This document shows, one piece after another, positions 36,638-49,945 of a stretch of 64,000 bases of DNA (its first letter is position 1; each line of letters begins with the position of its first letter). The DNA comes from Lama glama (lineage: Eukaryota). The position numbers and the translations under genes are program-made. The notes under the pieces were generated by a model that saw nothing but the letters and a program-made list of their open reading frames with translations, did not search any database and was not told where the DNA came from. The stretch lies in the NCBI GenBank assembly GCA_028534125.1, contig CM052832.1, positions 15,502,001-15,566,000 of the forward strand, written 5' to 3'.

Positions 36638-36813
36638 TTAAACAACAAGGTCCTACTGTATAGCACAGGGAACTAACTATATTCAATATCTTGTAATAGC
36701 CTATAATGAAAAAGAATACGAAAAGAAGTTAACTGAATCACTATGCTGCACACCAGAAATTAACACATTGTAAACTGACTATACTTCAGTTAAAAAAATA
36801 ATAATAAAAATAC
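36638..36813 (+). mobile_element. Short L1 3' tail
   Basis: Perfect 12-bp TSD AAGAGAACAGAA (36626-36637 and 36814-36825); L1 3' UTR motifs. Confidence 0.9.
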
Positions 36814-38599
36814 AAGAGAACAGAAGGTCTTAGGAAGGGGCCTTGGCCAGAGGAGGCCAGGTTTGATATGTAGAAAAAGATGGTGGTGCCAGGATGAAAT
36901 GACTCACTGGAAAGGGATAGCACCTGGAGGAAGATGGTTTGTGGGGGAGGATGTATTTCAAGTTTTAGTTGAAACATAACTTTTTCAAAAAGGTTTTCTG
37001 AGACACACCCCTAAATAAGTTGGGTCCTGTATTCTTTCTACTCACTTGTTCAATGTCCGTCATCAGGCTATGAGGGTAGCTGCATGATGGCAGGGATTGG
37101 CCAGCATCCTAACACAGTGAAGGGATGAGCTGGAGGAAAGGGTAGGGAGAAATAATCAGCTGTCTCCTGCATCTTCCTTGGAGAGGGCTTTGTTCTGAGC
37201 AGTTGCTATGTGATGTCCAGGAGGACCACTGCCACTGCCACTGCCACCTGCCAGCTGCAGGAGCTGTTCTGTGAGCTCTGTCCCCTGCACAGCACCTGGG
37301 TGGGGTGGGAGGGAGTCAGGGGAGGCATGCAGAGGGAGGATGGCTGGCCCTCTCCTGCAATCACTAAGGACTGACTACATGCAACCCTCCTTCTATAGGT
37401 TGGTGTCACTGGCCTCTATTGTCACCACAGCAATTGTTTGCCACCTCCCAGCTCTTCCCCTTCCCTGTCCTTATTCCTAGACTGAGGAATGCCAAATTGA
37501 AGTTTTTCCTTTGAGTCACCTCTCTCCCCAGTTTTTCCTTCTGTCTCTTTCAGCCAACCCTAGTTGAAGAACTGCTGCAAGGGCTGGCAGTGTGTCACCT
37601 CCAACACCAGCACAAGCCCCTCCATCTCATTCCCTTCTCCCATTGGTCAGATGTACTTCAAACATATGATGGAAGCAAACATTTCTACTTGTTTTACATA
37701 GATTTCTGAGAGAGTGCTTACACCCAGGCATCTCACTACAGATAAGATGGACCAGGCATTCAACTGTAATATTTTCAGGATTAGGGCTCTGTTCAGCTGA
37801 CCTTTCTATAACATCAGTTTCTTCTGGAATTTAATTTTGACACACAAAGTCCACGTGGTTTGCAAAGCACAGATTTTTAAAAAATTTTATAACCTATTCT
37901 CGCTAAAGAAAGGTTGTAGAAAAATAGTTTTTAGCTACTCAAATAGCCATTTTTAAAGACTAAAGCCTAGTTCTAATGGGATTGCTGAAAGGGGTATATA
38001 ATCTTGGACTGTTTTAGAAGTATGCCTTTCATTGCCTACTGGTGTGCCAAATGCACAGTGTTTTCTAAGTGATGTTTATTTGCTAGTTGTAGAGAGTGGG
38101 GAGTGTCCCACAGTCACTCAGGGACCTGTTTCCAGGTGTGGATTTCTTTATAACTCAGCATTTTGTTGGTGTGATACTGTGTTCAGCATGGCCTAGAAGT
38201 GATGCTCCAGTATCCTGCTGCCATCTCAACACATGACACCAAATATGTAATCTGAGAATAAAAGCGAGGATGGTTCCTGTTTTATAGACAATTTAAGAAG
38301 AAAATCCTTGAAGTGGGAAGTCTTTTTTAAAAGTGAACTTTGCTTCATCCTTTAAATTTCTTTGATCCTGTTCCTTACTTATAAACTCTTATATTTTATT
38401 TTAAATTTTATTGTTAAGATAGATAATTTCCACTGTTAGAAACTTTTTAGAGGTCCCCCACCCACACCTGCTGCTTGATACATAATTTTTTAGGGGTGGC
38501 ATTAAAGACATAGGACTGGAATGAGATTTTTGAAAGCGGGGATCAATGCTTAGTCACCTTGATACCCTCAGCAGTGACTGCATGATTGAATGAGGATTG

Positions 38600-39110
38600 A
38601 TTGAGTGAGACCTGCCTTGCTTTCACGTGGCCATAAAGTAGCCAACCAGGCTCCTGGGAGGAGGTGGGTTGCGCAGTTGGCCTTCCCCGCCCCTTGGACA
38701 CCGGCCCAAAGAGGGGTTACAGCCAGGTCGCCCCGAAACTCGGGTGGGCAGATGGCTCCAGCATACCCTGTGAGGGCAGCGCCGGAATGAGGCGGGGCGG
38801 TGGGCTGAGCGCACCTCGGCCCCACGGCCAAGGAGCAGAGGTTCAGGGAGAGGAAAGAAGCAACTCAAACCTGCGAGGGGACGCGAGAGATCTTACAACG
38901 CTGGGACGACAGGCAGGGGGAGGGTTTCCTTCCCTCAGAGGAAAAGGAAGAAGAGCGCCTACTTTTAAAATTAAAAAATCCCCACCCCACTCCCATAACC
39001 GAAAGGGCCCAGGGAGTGAATCTCTGATGGCAGAAGGTGGGCTGGGGCGTGCAGATCCTCCCCCAAACTGCAGGCAACGCCGGCATGGAGCCGCGAGAGA
39101 AGCAGGTTTA
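38600..39110. promoter_or_regulatory. Orphan CpG-rich regulatory-like patch
   Basis: CpG cluster in an AT-rich background; GC box GAGGCGGGGC (about 38789), E-box CACGTG (about 38624). Confidence 0.5.
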
Positions 39111-39869
39111 TGAGCCCTGAAACCCACTGAGATGAGAGAGGTAATATCCATAAAATCTAGGATTGCTAGAAAGCCACAGACTTGCTTCTCCAAACTGCCG
39201 AAAATAGAAAGTAGGAAGTGAAATTAATAGCGCTGGGAATGAGAAGGAAACAAGGCCATGTGTGCGTATCTTTAAAGCATCTTCTAAACACATTACATTC
39301 TGGGCGCTGAACTAAGCAATTTGCACTCATTATGTCATTTAACAACCCAAGGAGATAGGTGTTACAATCTTGTTTTATCGATGAGGAAATTCTCTTAGGT
39401 TGAGTAACTTGCCCAAAGTCCCATCGCTGAACCCAGTTCTAGCTGACTCGAGGACCGATTTAATCACTATGCGAGTAGCTTTCAAACTTTTTTTGACTAA
39501 GACCCACAGTAAGAGATTTGTTTTAAATCTTAGTCCAGAGCACATAGGTGTAACATATAACTGAAAGGAAAATTTCATAAAACAGTTACTCTTACTACCT
39601 ACAGTACTCTCTGATCTTTTCTGTTCTATTCATTGTTTTATTTAAGAGGAAATGCTGGTGACAACCTACTAAATGCATTTCATAATTCATTCATGGGACA
39701 GGACTCTCCAGATGGAGAAACATTGCATTACCACCTCCCAGCATTGGAGAGAGTGGATTGGACCCTGAAGAAGTCTTTGTCAGGCTCCCCTGAATTGCTG
39801 ACCTGAAGGGTAAATACCCTCCTCAGATAAACAGTGAGGACTGTAAGGTCATCTTGAATCTCCTGGTCC

Positions 39870-40920
39870 TGATGAATTGCATCCCAGCATAGTGAGAGAA
39901 CTTGCCTCAGAGACCTTTGAGGAAGTGCCACAAATGAAACTGGCAGTAGATTATGAACAAACAATTAATAAGCAGTTATAAAGGGGAACCGCATGCATTC
40001 ACGAGGAACAACTCCTGCCAGATTGATCTCTATCCTGTTGGAGATACTTCCAGTAGGACTGTAGATACGGTGCACCTGAATTTCAGCAAAGCATCTAATT
40101 TCCTAATAGCCCTAAAGATAATGTGGGAAATCTGGGATGGCTCGTGGTTAAATCAATTTATTCCCAGTTGACTGCCTATCCCAACAGGGCTCAAAAGAGA
40201 TAGTTTGTGAGGGGGTTCTTTGTAAAAACAAAAGCACTGAACAAGTGTGTCATAATTTATGTCATATTTTATTGCATCTGTCTCCTCCTCTAGGATATGA
40301 ACCCTCTGAGGGTGTAGAACTTACTTCTTTTGCCACCTTTTTATTTCCAGCACTTAGCTCAGGCTCAGGCATTTAGATGCTCTCAGTAACTCTTGGTGAA
40401 ATGTTATCATTAATTAATCAATATCTGCCTGAAAGAGAGCTCCAGGGACATGGTCCAGGGCTCTGGCCTGAGTCTTCTCATATTTCACATTCTTACCAGT
40501 AACTTGGACATGGTAACGGATGACATATTTATCAAAGTTTCAGGTGGCAAAAAACTGGGACAGCCAAAGCTCTGGATGACAGAATCGGGGTCCAAAAATA
40601 ACTTAGCAGCTTGGAATGGTGGACTGAATCAGTATGAAAAATAATAGAGATCTGTATTCTGCCTGAAGGTCTAAAACTTGACTTCATAAGCACAGGATAA
40701 GGGGGTACACAGTTTAACAACAACACATGTAGGGGACTTGGGTTTTTATGGGAAGCTAACAAATGAAGCATCAATGTGGCAGGGTTGCCAGCACTGCAGA
40801 CTCAGCCTGTGAAAATCAAGCTGGGTGGACAATAGAGGGAGGGCAGTGCCCCTCTATTTTGTGCAGGTCAGATGAGGCTGGAAGAACGGGATTTGTCTGA
40901 ACAACAGTCATGAGGGACAA
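39870..40920 (+). mobile_element. CR1/L3 LINE reverse transcriptase relic
   Basis: HAFTRNNSC.., VDTVHLNFSKAS and VQGSGLSLLIFHILTSNLD resemble CR1 RT motifs (HGF..GRSC, VD.VYLDFSKAFD, PQGSVLGPVLFNIFINDLD). Confidence 0.75.
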
Positions 40921-43900
40921 TACCAGCACACTGCAAACCTTCTAGAGGAGATCAATACATTAAATTTGTCCACAGGATTTCTGTTTAGGAAAGGACATCA
41001 TCAAGGTATTGGATGGATACAGACTAGGAAAAGATATATTAAATGAGCACAGAATTAATACCTAGAGTATTCAAGGAACACGTGCAAATCAACAAGAGAA
41101 AGGCAGGAGGCCATGAGAAAAGAGGACACAGGAGATGAGTGGGCATTTCACAGAAGAGGAAACGAACTGCTACCACGGAAGAAAAGATGCTGGGATTCAC
41201 CACTGATAATCAGAGAAATCCAAATTAAAACAACAGGACTTCTCTTTCTGGTAATAGCAGGATAATTCTCTCCAGCAATGCTCCTGCTGAAAACAACTAA
41301 ATAAGCTGGATAAAATGTTGAAAATGTCCCCTGTAAAGAACTGACAAGATGGGATAGCATCACTCTGTAGATAATAGGGACCAAGGAGGGAGGAGCCCGG
41401 CGGCTGCCCTCTGCCCGAGGACCTTTGCCCACTAGGGGAGGCTTGACCTTTCCTTTTGATGGCCTCTTGAGATAAATAGGTCTCCATCGCAGCTCAGGGC
41501 CTGCCCTGTGGGAAACCTAATAGGAGACCCCTTCCCCCCAGTAAGCCAGGTTGAGGGTAAACTAGACGTGGGCCAACTTGCCAGAATGACAGCCTGGTTC
41601 TGTTTTCCTGGGTTACCCAGGGTATCCCAACCCTTGACTTTGGGTAGCTCAGCACTGACAACACATCCAGCTCCTGGAAGAAGCAAAACAAATTCTCTAT
41701 GGAGGAAATTACCTTCATCCTGGTCCTCAAATTATTCCTACAAATAAGCTTTCAAATATAACGACCAGCATATAGTCAAAGATAACTTGGGGCTCCAGTC
41801 CATTGCCCTTGAAGCCCAGTTTCTGTACCTGCTAGACCCCAAATCTGATGCCTGAAGGCAGGGGTGCCACAGAGTACGTGTCCATCAACAGCTGTGTGCC
41901 CCAGCACCCAGGGAACCCAGGGGTTGTGGGTGACAGTTTGGATACATGTATGTGCCACCAGAGTGCTGAAAATTTCTCCCTGGCAGAGCCAGTCAGTTTT
42001 ATGATAACATGCTAACTTTTAAAAAAATGTGCTTGAAGGAGGGCCATGTTTTCTAATTCTCATAAGGTGTCCTGTGGCCTAAGGGCAGCCCCATGTAAAG
42101 ACTTTAGATATTGAAATATCTGATACAAACTATAAAACAACAAAATGTATTATTCTAAAGAAATAGGTTGACTGTATCTGCAGGAAGTAGGAAAATAGAA
42201 AAAGTGATATGGCAGATTTGAAAAGGAACCAAATTGAACTTCTAGAAATGATAAATACAATAAATGAAATGAGAAACTCCTGTCAATGAGAGAACCACTT
42301 TATACCAATTAGAGAGACAAAAGTTAGAAGGGTGGGAAATAGCCAACATGCCAGGATTCAGGGAGCTGGTATCCTTGAGCAACGCTGGCGGATATGTATA
42401 GAGTACTCCCCTCTGGAGAGGCACCCGTAGTACCTTGTGCAATGACACATGTACCACCGCCACCTAACAGTCCTGACCCTGGAGTCAGAACTCAGAGAAA
42501 TCCTTGAGCAGAGACAACTGTGAGGACCATTATCCCAGCCCCATACAGGCTATAAGCAGCTGGGATGACGGCCCTCAGGCAGCTGGCAGTGGCTTTTTCA
42601 GGCAGATGTGGAAAGTTTTCATTTGGAATAATTCATTCTGTAGCCTGTGGAAACTGAAAAAGGAGGAAGGCTTATCTTTAAGGGGCTCTAAATAAATAGG
42701 AAGCCAAGGAGAATTTTTTTATGTTGAGATGATTACAAAATTCAATTTTAACAATATTGTATTTGTATTGCTGTCATAATATTACAAGCATCTAATTTTT
42801 TTGGATAAATTCAGTACTCATTTGTTTTAGCAGAAATAATTCAGATTATACATCATGGCAATTTTAGAAAACTAAAATGCTTTTATAATATCAGTAATTT
42901 TTTGTAATGGTGGCTGGTCTTCTCACAGAATCTGGCAAAAATAAATTCACAGCCAAAATGCAAATATGACCAATTAGGTGGAGAGAGTTAATCTTCCAGT
43001 GACTCCAATTATTTGCATCATCTGTTTTTGCTAAATACATTAACAGAATCATCTTTCCATATTTCTTTGGATACTTTTGCAAAGTTAATGATCAATTTTT
43101 ATTATTTAGTTATCTACTTAATAGCATTAAACATTTTAAAGTCCATGTAATAAAATGTAACCTACAGCCAAATCGGAGATGTGAAGATTACATATTAAAT
43201 TTATACCAAATGACAAGCACCAACTTTTGGTGGAATGCTGATTATATCAAGATACCCAGATCTGTACCTTACATAAACTCATACCATATAATACTGAATT
43301 GAATCTTTTATTGAAGTCAGTATTATTTTATGTTGGGTGCAATTTATGTTGACAATATTTTAAAAAGTTGGCAATTCCTGAACACCCCTGGCTCACCCCT
43401 GGAAGATGATCCTTGGAAGAGTTTGATAGGCAAGAGGGGCTGGCCCAGAGCCTAAGATTCCTTGTGGGCACATCCCATCAGCCTCTCTGGGTCTGGATAG
43501 CAAAGGACTGACCGCTGAAATGTACTGCCACCAACTGGCTCTAATGCTTCCTGGTTTGTTGATGTAAAATTGTTTATGTTGAGACTACATTTGCAAATTC
43601 CTTATTAAGGAATTAAATTTAAACTTGTTTGCTTTGTTGGATTTGGAATGCTCAGCTCAGATATATTTTTATTAGATTTTGGGAGCTCTAGGGGTTTCTC
43701 ATAAGAAAGCTTCTTGTTAATTGACTTTTTTGTACATAAACAAAATCCCAAATTGTAAAAATGAAAGAAAATGAAAAACTAAAATTTCTCTACTTAAAAT
43801 GCAATTCTTTTGTAGTTTTATGCATTCTTTTTTCCCTTTGCATTAATTATTTAACACATTTTTATGATCCATGGGGGTAACTGGCCTGAACTAAACTTGA

Positions 43901-44609
43901 AAGTGGGCAAAATACATATGTAGTCCAAATGATGTTTTTTTCTAATAATAGTTTAGAGGGACAATGGGGTGAATTTGAAAGAGCATGAACTTTATAATCA
44001 TCCAGACCTGGGTTTTAAGTTGGGTTCCGCAATTAGCTATAAATTAATGACTCTATTGCAGTTTCTGCTCTGTAAAATGGGAATATCACCTTCCTTGCAA
44101 TTGCTATGAAGGTTAAAGATAATATAAGTAAAATGCCTGGTTCATGGGAGAGAGTTTTTAATATTATTCCCTTGTGTGATTCTTTCCAGGGTTTGATAAT
44201 TTAAGCATGTTACTCTTGTGGTTTTTTTGTTTTGTTTGTTTGTTCTTACACATAGCATGACCTGGTGAATCATTCTGCCCCTTCTATATATTTGTTTCAA
44301 TGTGATCTTATTTTCATCTGGACTTGAGACATATCCTCGTGTGAGTTAATTTATCCAATCTTCACAATAGCCTATGAAGGTCTGTCTTAAGGCCATCAAC
44401 TCAATCCAAAATTAGAAAGCCCACATGGAAATAATCCACAATGAACGAGAGTTTACATACGTAACAAACAGCAGGATTAGACCCTCAAGCACTTCAGATG
44501 ATGGACTTATAAGATTTATGCTTGTAAGTGTGATAAAAAGTACTAGTTATAAACAAAGACTCAAAAGCATGAAAGAAACAGAATACTAAAAAAAAGACTC
44601 ACCAGCAGC

Positions 44610-45760
44610 CTACCCAGGTAACAGAAACAAAAGTAAAAATAAACAAATAGGACCTAATTAAACTTATAAGCTTTTGCACAGCAAAGGAAACCATAAGCAA
44701 AACAAAAAGACAACCTACAAAATGGGAGAAAATATTTGCAAAAGATGAGACTGACAAGGGCTTAATTTCCAGAATATATAAATAGCTCATACAACTTAAT
44801 AATAAAACAACAAACAACCCAATCTAAAAATGGGCAGAAGACTTAAATAAGCAGTTCGCCAATGAAGATATACAAATGGCCAATAGGCACATGAAATGAT
44901 GCTCAATATCGCTAATTATCAAAGAAATGCAAATCAAAACTACAATAAGGTACCACCTCACACCAGTCAGAATGACCATCATTCAAAAGTCCACAAACAA
45001 TAAATGCTGGACAGGGTGTGAAGAAAAGGGAACCCTCATACACTCTTGGTGGGAATGTAGTTTGGTGCAGCCATTATAGAAAACAGTACAGAGATTCCTT
45101 AAAAGACTAAAAATAGACTTACCATATGATCCAGCAATCCCACTCCTGGGCATATATCCAGAGGGAACCTTAATTCAAAAAGATACCTGTACCTCAATGT
45201 TAACAGCAGCACTATTTACAATAGCCAAGACATGAAACTATCTAAATGTCTCTCGACAGATGACTGGATAAAGAAGATGTGGTATATTTATACAATGGAA
45301 TACTACTCAGCCATAAATAATAATAAAATAATGTTATTTGCAGCAACATGGATAGACCTGGAGATTGTCATTCTCAGTGAAATAAGCCAGAAAGAAAAAG
45401 AAAAATACCCTATATGTGGAATCTAAAAAAAACCAAATGAACTTATTGACACAACAGAAACAGACTCACAGATAAAAAACAAACTTATGGTTACCAGCGG
45501 GGAAGGGGATGGGAAGGGATAAATTGGGAGTCTGAGATTTGCAGATACTATTACATATAAAATAGACAAACAACAAGCTTCCAGTGAATAGCACAGGGAA
45601 CTATGTTTAATACCTTGTAGTAACCTATAATGAAAAATAATGTATCTATAATGAAAAATAATATATACATAACATGTATGGCTGAACTTCTATGCTGTGT
45701 GTGTGGTAACATCACAAATTGACACATTGTAAACTGACTGTACTTCAATTTAAAAAAAAG
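44610..45760 (+). mobile_element. Relatively young 5'-truncated L1
   Basis: ORF2 C-terminal sequence (CTTTTGCACAGCAAAGGAAACC.., DDWIKKMWYIYTMEYYSA), 3' UTR and A tail. Confidence 0.92.
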
Positions 45761-45779
45761 ATTAGCCAAGTATCGATGA

Positions 45780-48700
45780 TTACAAATGATTAATATGAAC
45801 ACAATGGATGGGTTAAACAGAAGATTAGAAGTAGCTGAGGTTAGAATTGGGCACTTGGAAGGTAAATCTGACCTAAAAAATGATCTGAAATGAAGCTCAG
45901 AAACAGAAAGAGACAAAAAAATATGTAAAAGAGAGGAAGAGGCATGGCAGATAAAATGAAATGGTTCTAACAAATATCTGAAAAAATTTTGAGCAGGAGA
46001 GAATAGAAAGAATGAGGGGGAGTGGAGAAAAATGCTCATGTATTTACAAATTCATTCAACAACTATTTATAAATACATAATGTGTGCCAGGCACAATTTT
46101 AGGCTCTTACAACAGACAGATAATGAGAGGATCAGAACAGATCATGGTTGATCATTATCCAGAACTGATTTTGGACAAGAATTCTCAGTCTCAGGAAATG
46201 AGTCCCAAGATACACTAAAAGATACATCAGAAAGAAATTGAAGAACTCAAAGATGGGGGAATATTTGAAATGAAACCAGAAAGAAAATACATGCTTTCCA
46301 TAAAGCAGTGATGCCTAGACAAATAGTAAATTTCTCAACAGCAACTACGGAAACCAGAAGACAGAGGACTACTGTCTTCATAGTTCTTGGAGGGAATATC
46401 TGACAACGTAGACCATTACACCCTGCTACACCATCAGCCGAGAATGAAGGTGACTGAACAAACCGCCAGTATACTGTCAGCACCTGTTTAGGTTTACCTA
46501 AATGCTTACTGATTCTTTAGGCAATTGGAGGAACAGGAATATAGACTGAGTACAGGTGGTATAAGGTGATATTGAGGTTAGGTAGGAAATGTCCTTATTT
46601 TCATAAGATGAACATTCCAGAATTTAGGGATGAAATGTCATGACGTCTGTAATAATTTTTTAAAAACCACGATGAGGTATTATTTCACAGAATGATATTG
46701 GCAAAAGTAAAAAAAAAATCTGAAAATATCAGTTCTTGGGGAAGATAAATGTCTATTCTACACGCTGCTGGTGGAGGTGTAAATGGGCTAACTGGAGAGT
46801 AATCTGGTATCACATAGTAAAGTTAAAGATACAATTTCCTCTTACCCAGCAAGGCTACTCCTTAGATTTATATCCTAAAAAAATTCTCCTACCTGCGCAG
46901 AGGCATATTCCAAGTGGTTCCAACTCATGCTAGTTGGAAGCTAAATGTGTATGCCCACCATCTTCAGCATGATTTTTTCCAACACTCTTCCCAGTCTCTT
47001 GTTTATTATATCCTCACTGGAATCGCACAGAAGTTCTGTCTAGGAAAAAATATGAAATAAACCATTAACAAAGAGTACAATCTTAGCATATAACTTTGTA
47101 CAAGAATACTTACATAACAGATGGATCAGTAAGATATTATTGTCTTCTGGTATGAATATTGCATCACCTGTGATGTGATCTAGCTAATAACGTTTGATTT
47201 AAATCTAATCAAGCCTTTGGATCTAACCTGCAGTTTAAAGGAAATCTAGAGGAAAGAGAAACACGCTGAACACCACCATATGGAAGCAGTCAGACCCAGG
47301 AGGTGGGATATTCCACGGGACAAGCAGCTTTGTCTATTCAGTTAATCAATGTCATGAAAAAAAGCGACTGTTCAAGATTGAAAGGGGCTTAAGGGACACA
47401 AAAATAAACTAATGCAGTATGTCGTTCTGGGTTGGATCCGATTTGGAAAACCAGATATTATTAGGATAATTGACAAAATCAGAATATGGGGTGGATATTA
47501 GATGATATAAAGAAATTACTATTCATTTTGTTAGATGTGTTAACATCAACTTGGCTCTGTAAGCAAAAGTTCTTTTTAAAATGTAGACACAAATATTTAA
47601 GATTGGAATATCAAGATATCTAAATTATGGATTTTTAAAATATGAAGTAAATTATTTTTTTAAGTGAAGGTAAAATAAAGTCATTTCTATCCAAAGAAAA
47701 ACTCAGAGTTTATCACTTACACAACCTCAGTGAAAGATTCCTAAGGAATGTATTTCAAGATGAAGGAAACCAAACACTGAAATGCAAGAGAGAAAAGTAT
47801 ACAAATAAAGACTTGAGTACATTTAAACAGTTATTGCCTGTATAAAGCAACAATAACAACAAGGTGAAGGATAAAATACGACACACCTGAATGCTGGACC
47901 TATTAACATACCAGATGGAAAGAAGGTGGTCAGTGTAGTAGCAATCAGAGAATCCCTACTGAAAAAGGTACATAAGTTAACCACCTTTAGACTTGTCAAG
48001 TATGCATGTTAAAATATAAAATACATTTACTAAAAGAATGGAAACAGAAAATATAACTTACAAGCCATTAGAGAAGAAATAAAGGAAAAAAAGAAAACAC
48101 AATCATTCCAAATGCAAGCAAGAAAGGGGAAAGAAGCAGCACAGGAAAATCACAAAATAGAACACAAGATACAAAATAAATAAGTAAAAATTTAAAAAAT
48201 TAAAATAAATTTTAAAAATGTTTTAAAAGAAAAAAAAGAAAAAAACACAAGATCATAGCAATAAATCCAAATATATCCCTAATCACAAAAAATACAATTT
48301 TCCATTTTTCCAAGGATTATTGGGTTTAATGATTTTTAAATACAGAGCTATATGCTATATACTAAAGTTCATTTGAAAAGAGACACAGAAAAGTTAAAAA
48401 TAAATGAATGGAAAAAAACATACCAGACAAAAATTAACCAAAGGAAAGTATTATTAGAAATGAAGAGGATCTGTACATAATCACAGATGATATAATTCAT
48501 AAGGAGGAATTAATAATTCTTAATTTGTATGCATAGACTCATACAGCCTATACACATAAAATTCTTAATTTGTATGCATAGACTCATACAGCTTATATGC
48601 AAAAACTGACAGAATTATAAGGAGACATTCATAATTCCTAATGACAATGGGAGATTTTAACATATGTCTCTCAGAAATTTCTAGATCAAGCAGACAAAAT

Positions 48701-49000
48701 TTGTAAGAAATATATTAGCACACCACAGATAAGCAATTTTTCATACAATAATTAGAGAATTAACATTCCTGTCATTTACAAAAATGGCAAAAATTGACTA
48801 TTGTATTAGGACTCAAAATAAGTCTTAACAAATTACAAGTTTATTATCATGTTAAGACCATATGCTTAGACCACAAAACAATTAAGTTAGAAATCTGTTT
48901 TATTAAATATACTTTTAAAGCTCCATATTTTTGTAAATTTAAAATACAGACACAGTTTCTAGATGATTCATAGGTCTGGTAAAAGCTATTACAGTAAACA
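45780..49000 (+). mobile_element. Fragmented ancient L1M (ORF1 to ORF2 endonuclease region)
   Basis: A-rich, with degenerate L1 motifs (GGGAGATTTTAACA, GACCACAAAACAATTAAGTTAGAAAT); boundaries approximate. Confidence 0.55.
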
Positions 49001-49945
49001 CAGTAAAGAGACTAGATCTGGACAGTATCTGCAATCAGATTAAGTTTATGATAGTCCATGGTAATTTTTCTAAGATCCATCTGACTTTTGCACAGGCCAA
49101 ACTGGTGAATTAAATGGGAAGAGTTAGGAATTGCCATCCCTGCTTCTTTCAAGTCTTTGATGGGAGCATCATTCTTTGCATTTCCCCCAGGGATGCAGTA
49201 TTGCTTCTGGTTTAAGGGATGGAAATTCCAGAGGCTTCCACTTAGACCTGCCTACCATAGTGACCCTATAATGATCCCATAGGTCAGAGCTGATGTGGGG
49301 ATTCTGCCAGTTGCCAAATATATCTATTCCAATTGTAATTCCAATAACCAGGGAAATAACTAGGGTGAGTTATTTCCCTGAAAAGTCTGGGTATTTCCAT
49401 TTCCGCAGTGTACACTCACTCTAGTAAATGGCTACATGTCCCTTTGGGAAATGCTTAGAGGAAGATTGAGGTGTTTACTTGTGGCAGTGGTGCAAGGTCC
49501 TTCCTCAAGGGAACGTAGCCTTTTCAAAGGGCTCTGGGTCTGTGAACTGACTTAAGTCTGGAAACTGGGAGAGAAGGCATAATTCTCCACTATGGTGGTG
49601 ACTCAAGCCAAGGTTTTGGCTACCAGACCTAGAGTTTTTCCTGTTATATAGATCAAGCAATATTCTAGTAGATTGATTACCTGTTTTGTTCCTAGGGACA
49701 CCATGATCAATTTGCTACCACTAAAGATCTCCACAGACCAAAATGTTCCTATTACTGAAATATTCTTGATGGTCTTACAGTTGATGGTTAAGTGCTCCCA
49801 CTTGGCTTCTGCACAATGGAGTACCATCATCCTCACTAAAATCAGGAGCCCATCTGAAAGGTGGCATCCTCTACAGTCATAATTGGCCCACAGCAGAGAG
49901 CAACCACAGAACTTTTCAAAGGTGTGGATGACCCCCTCACTAATA

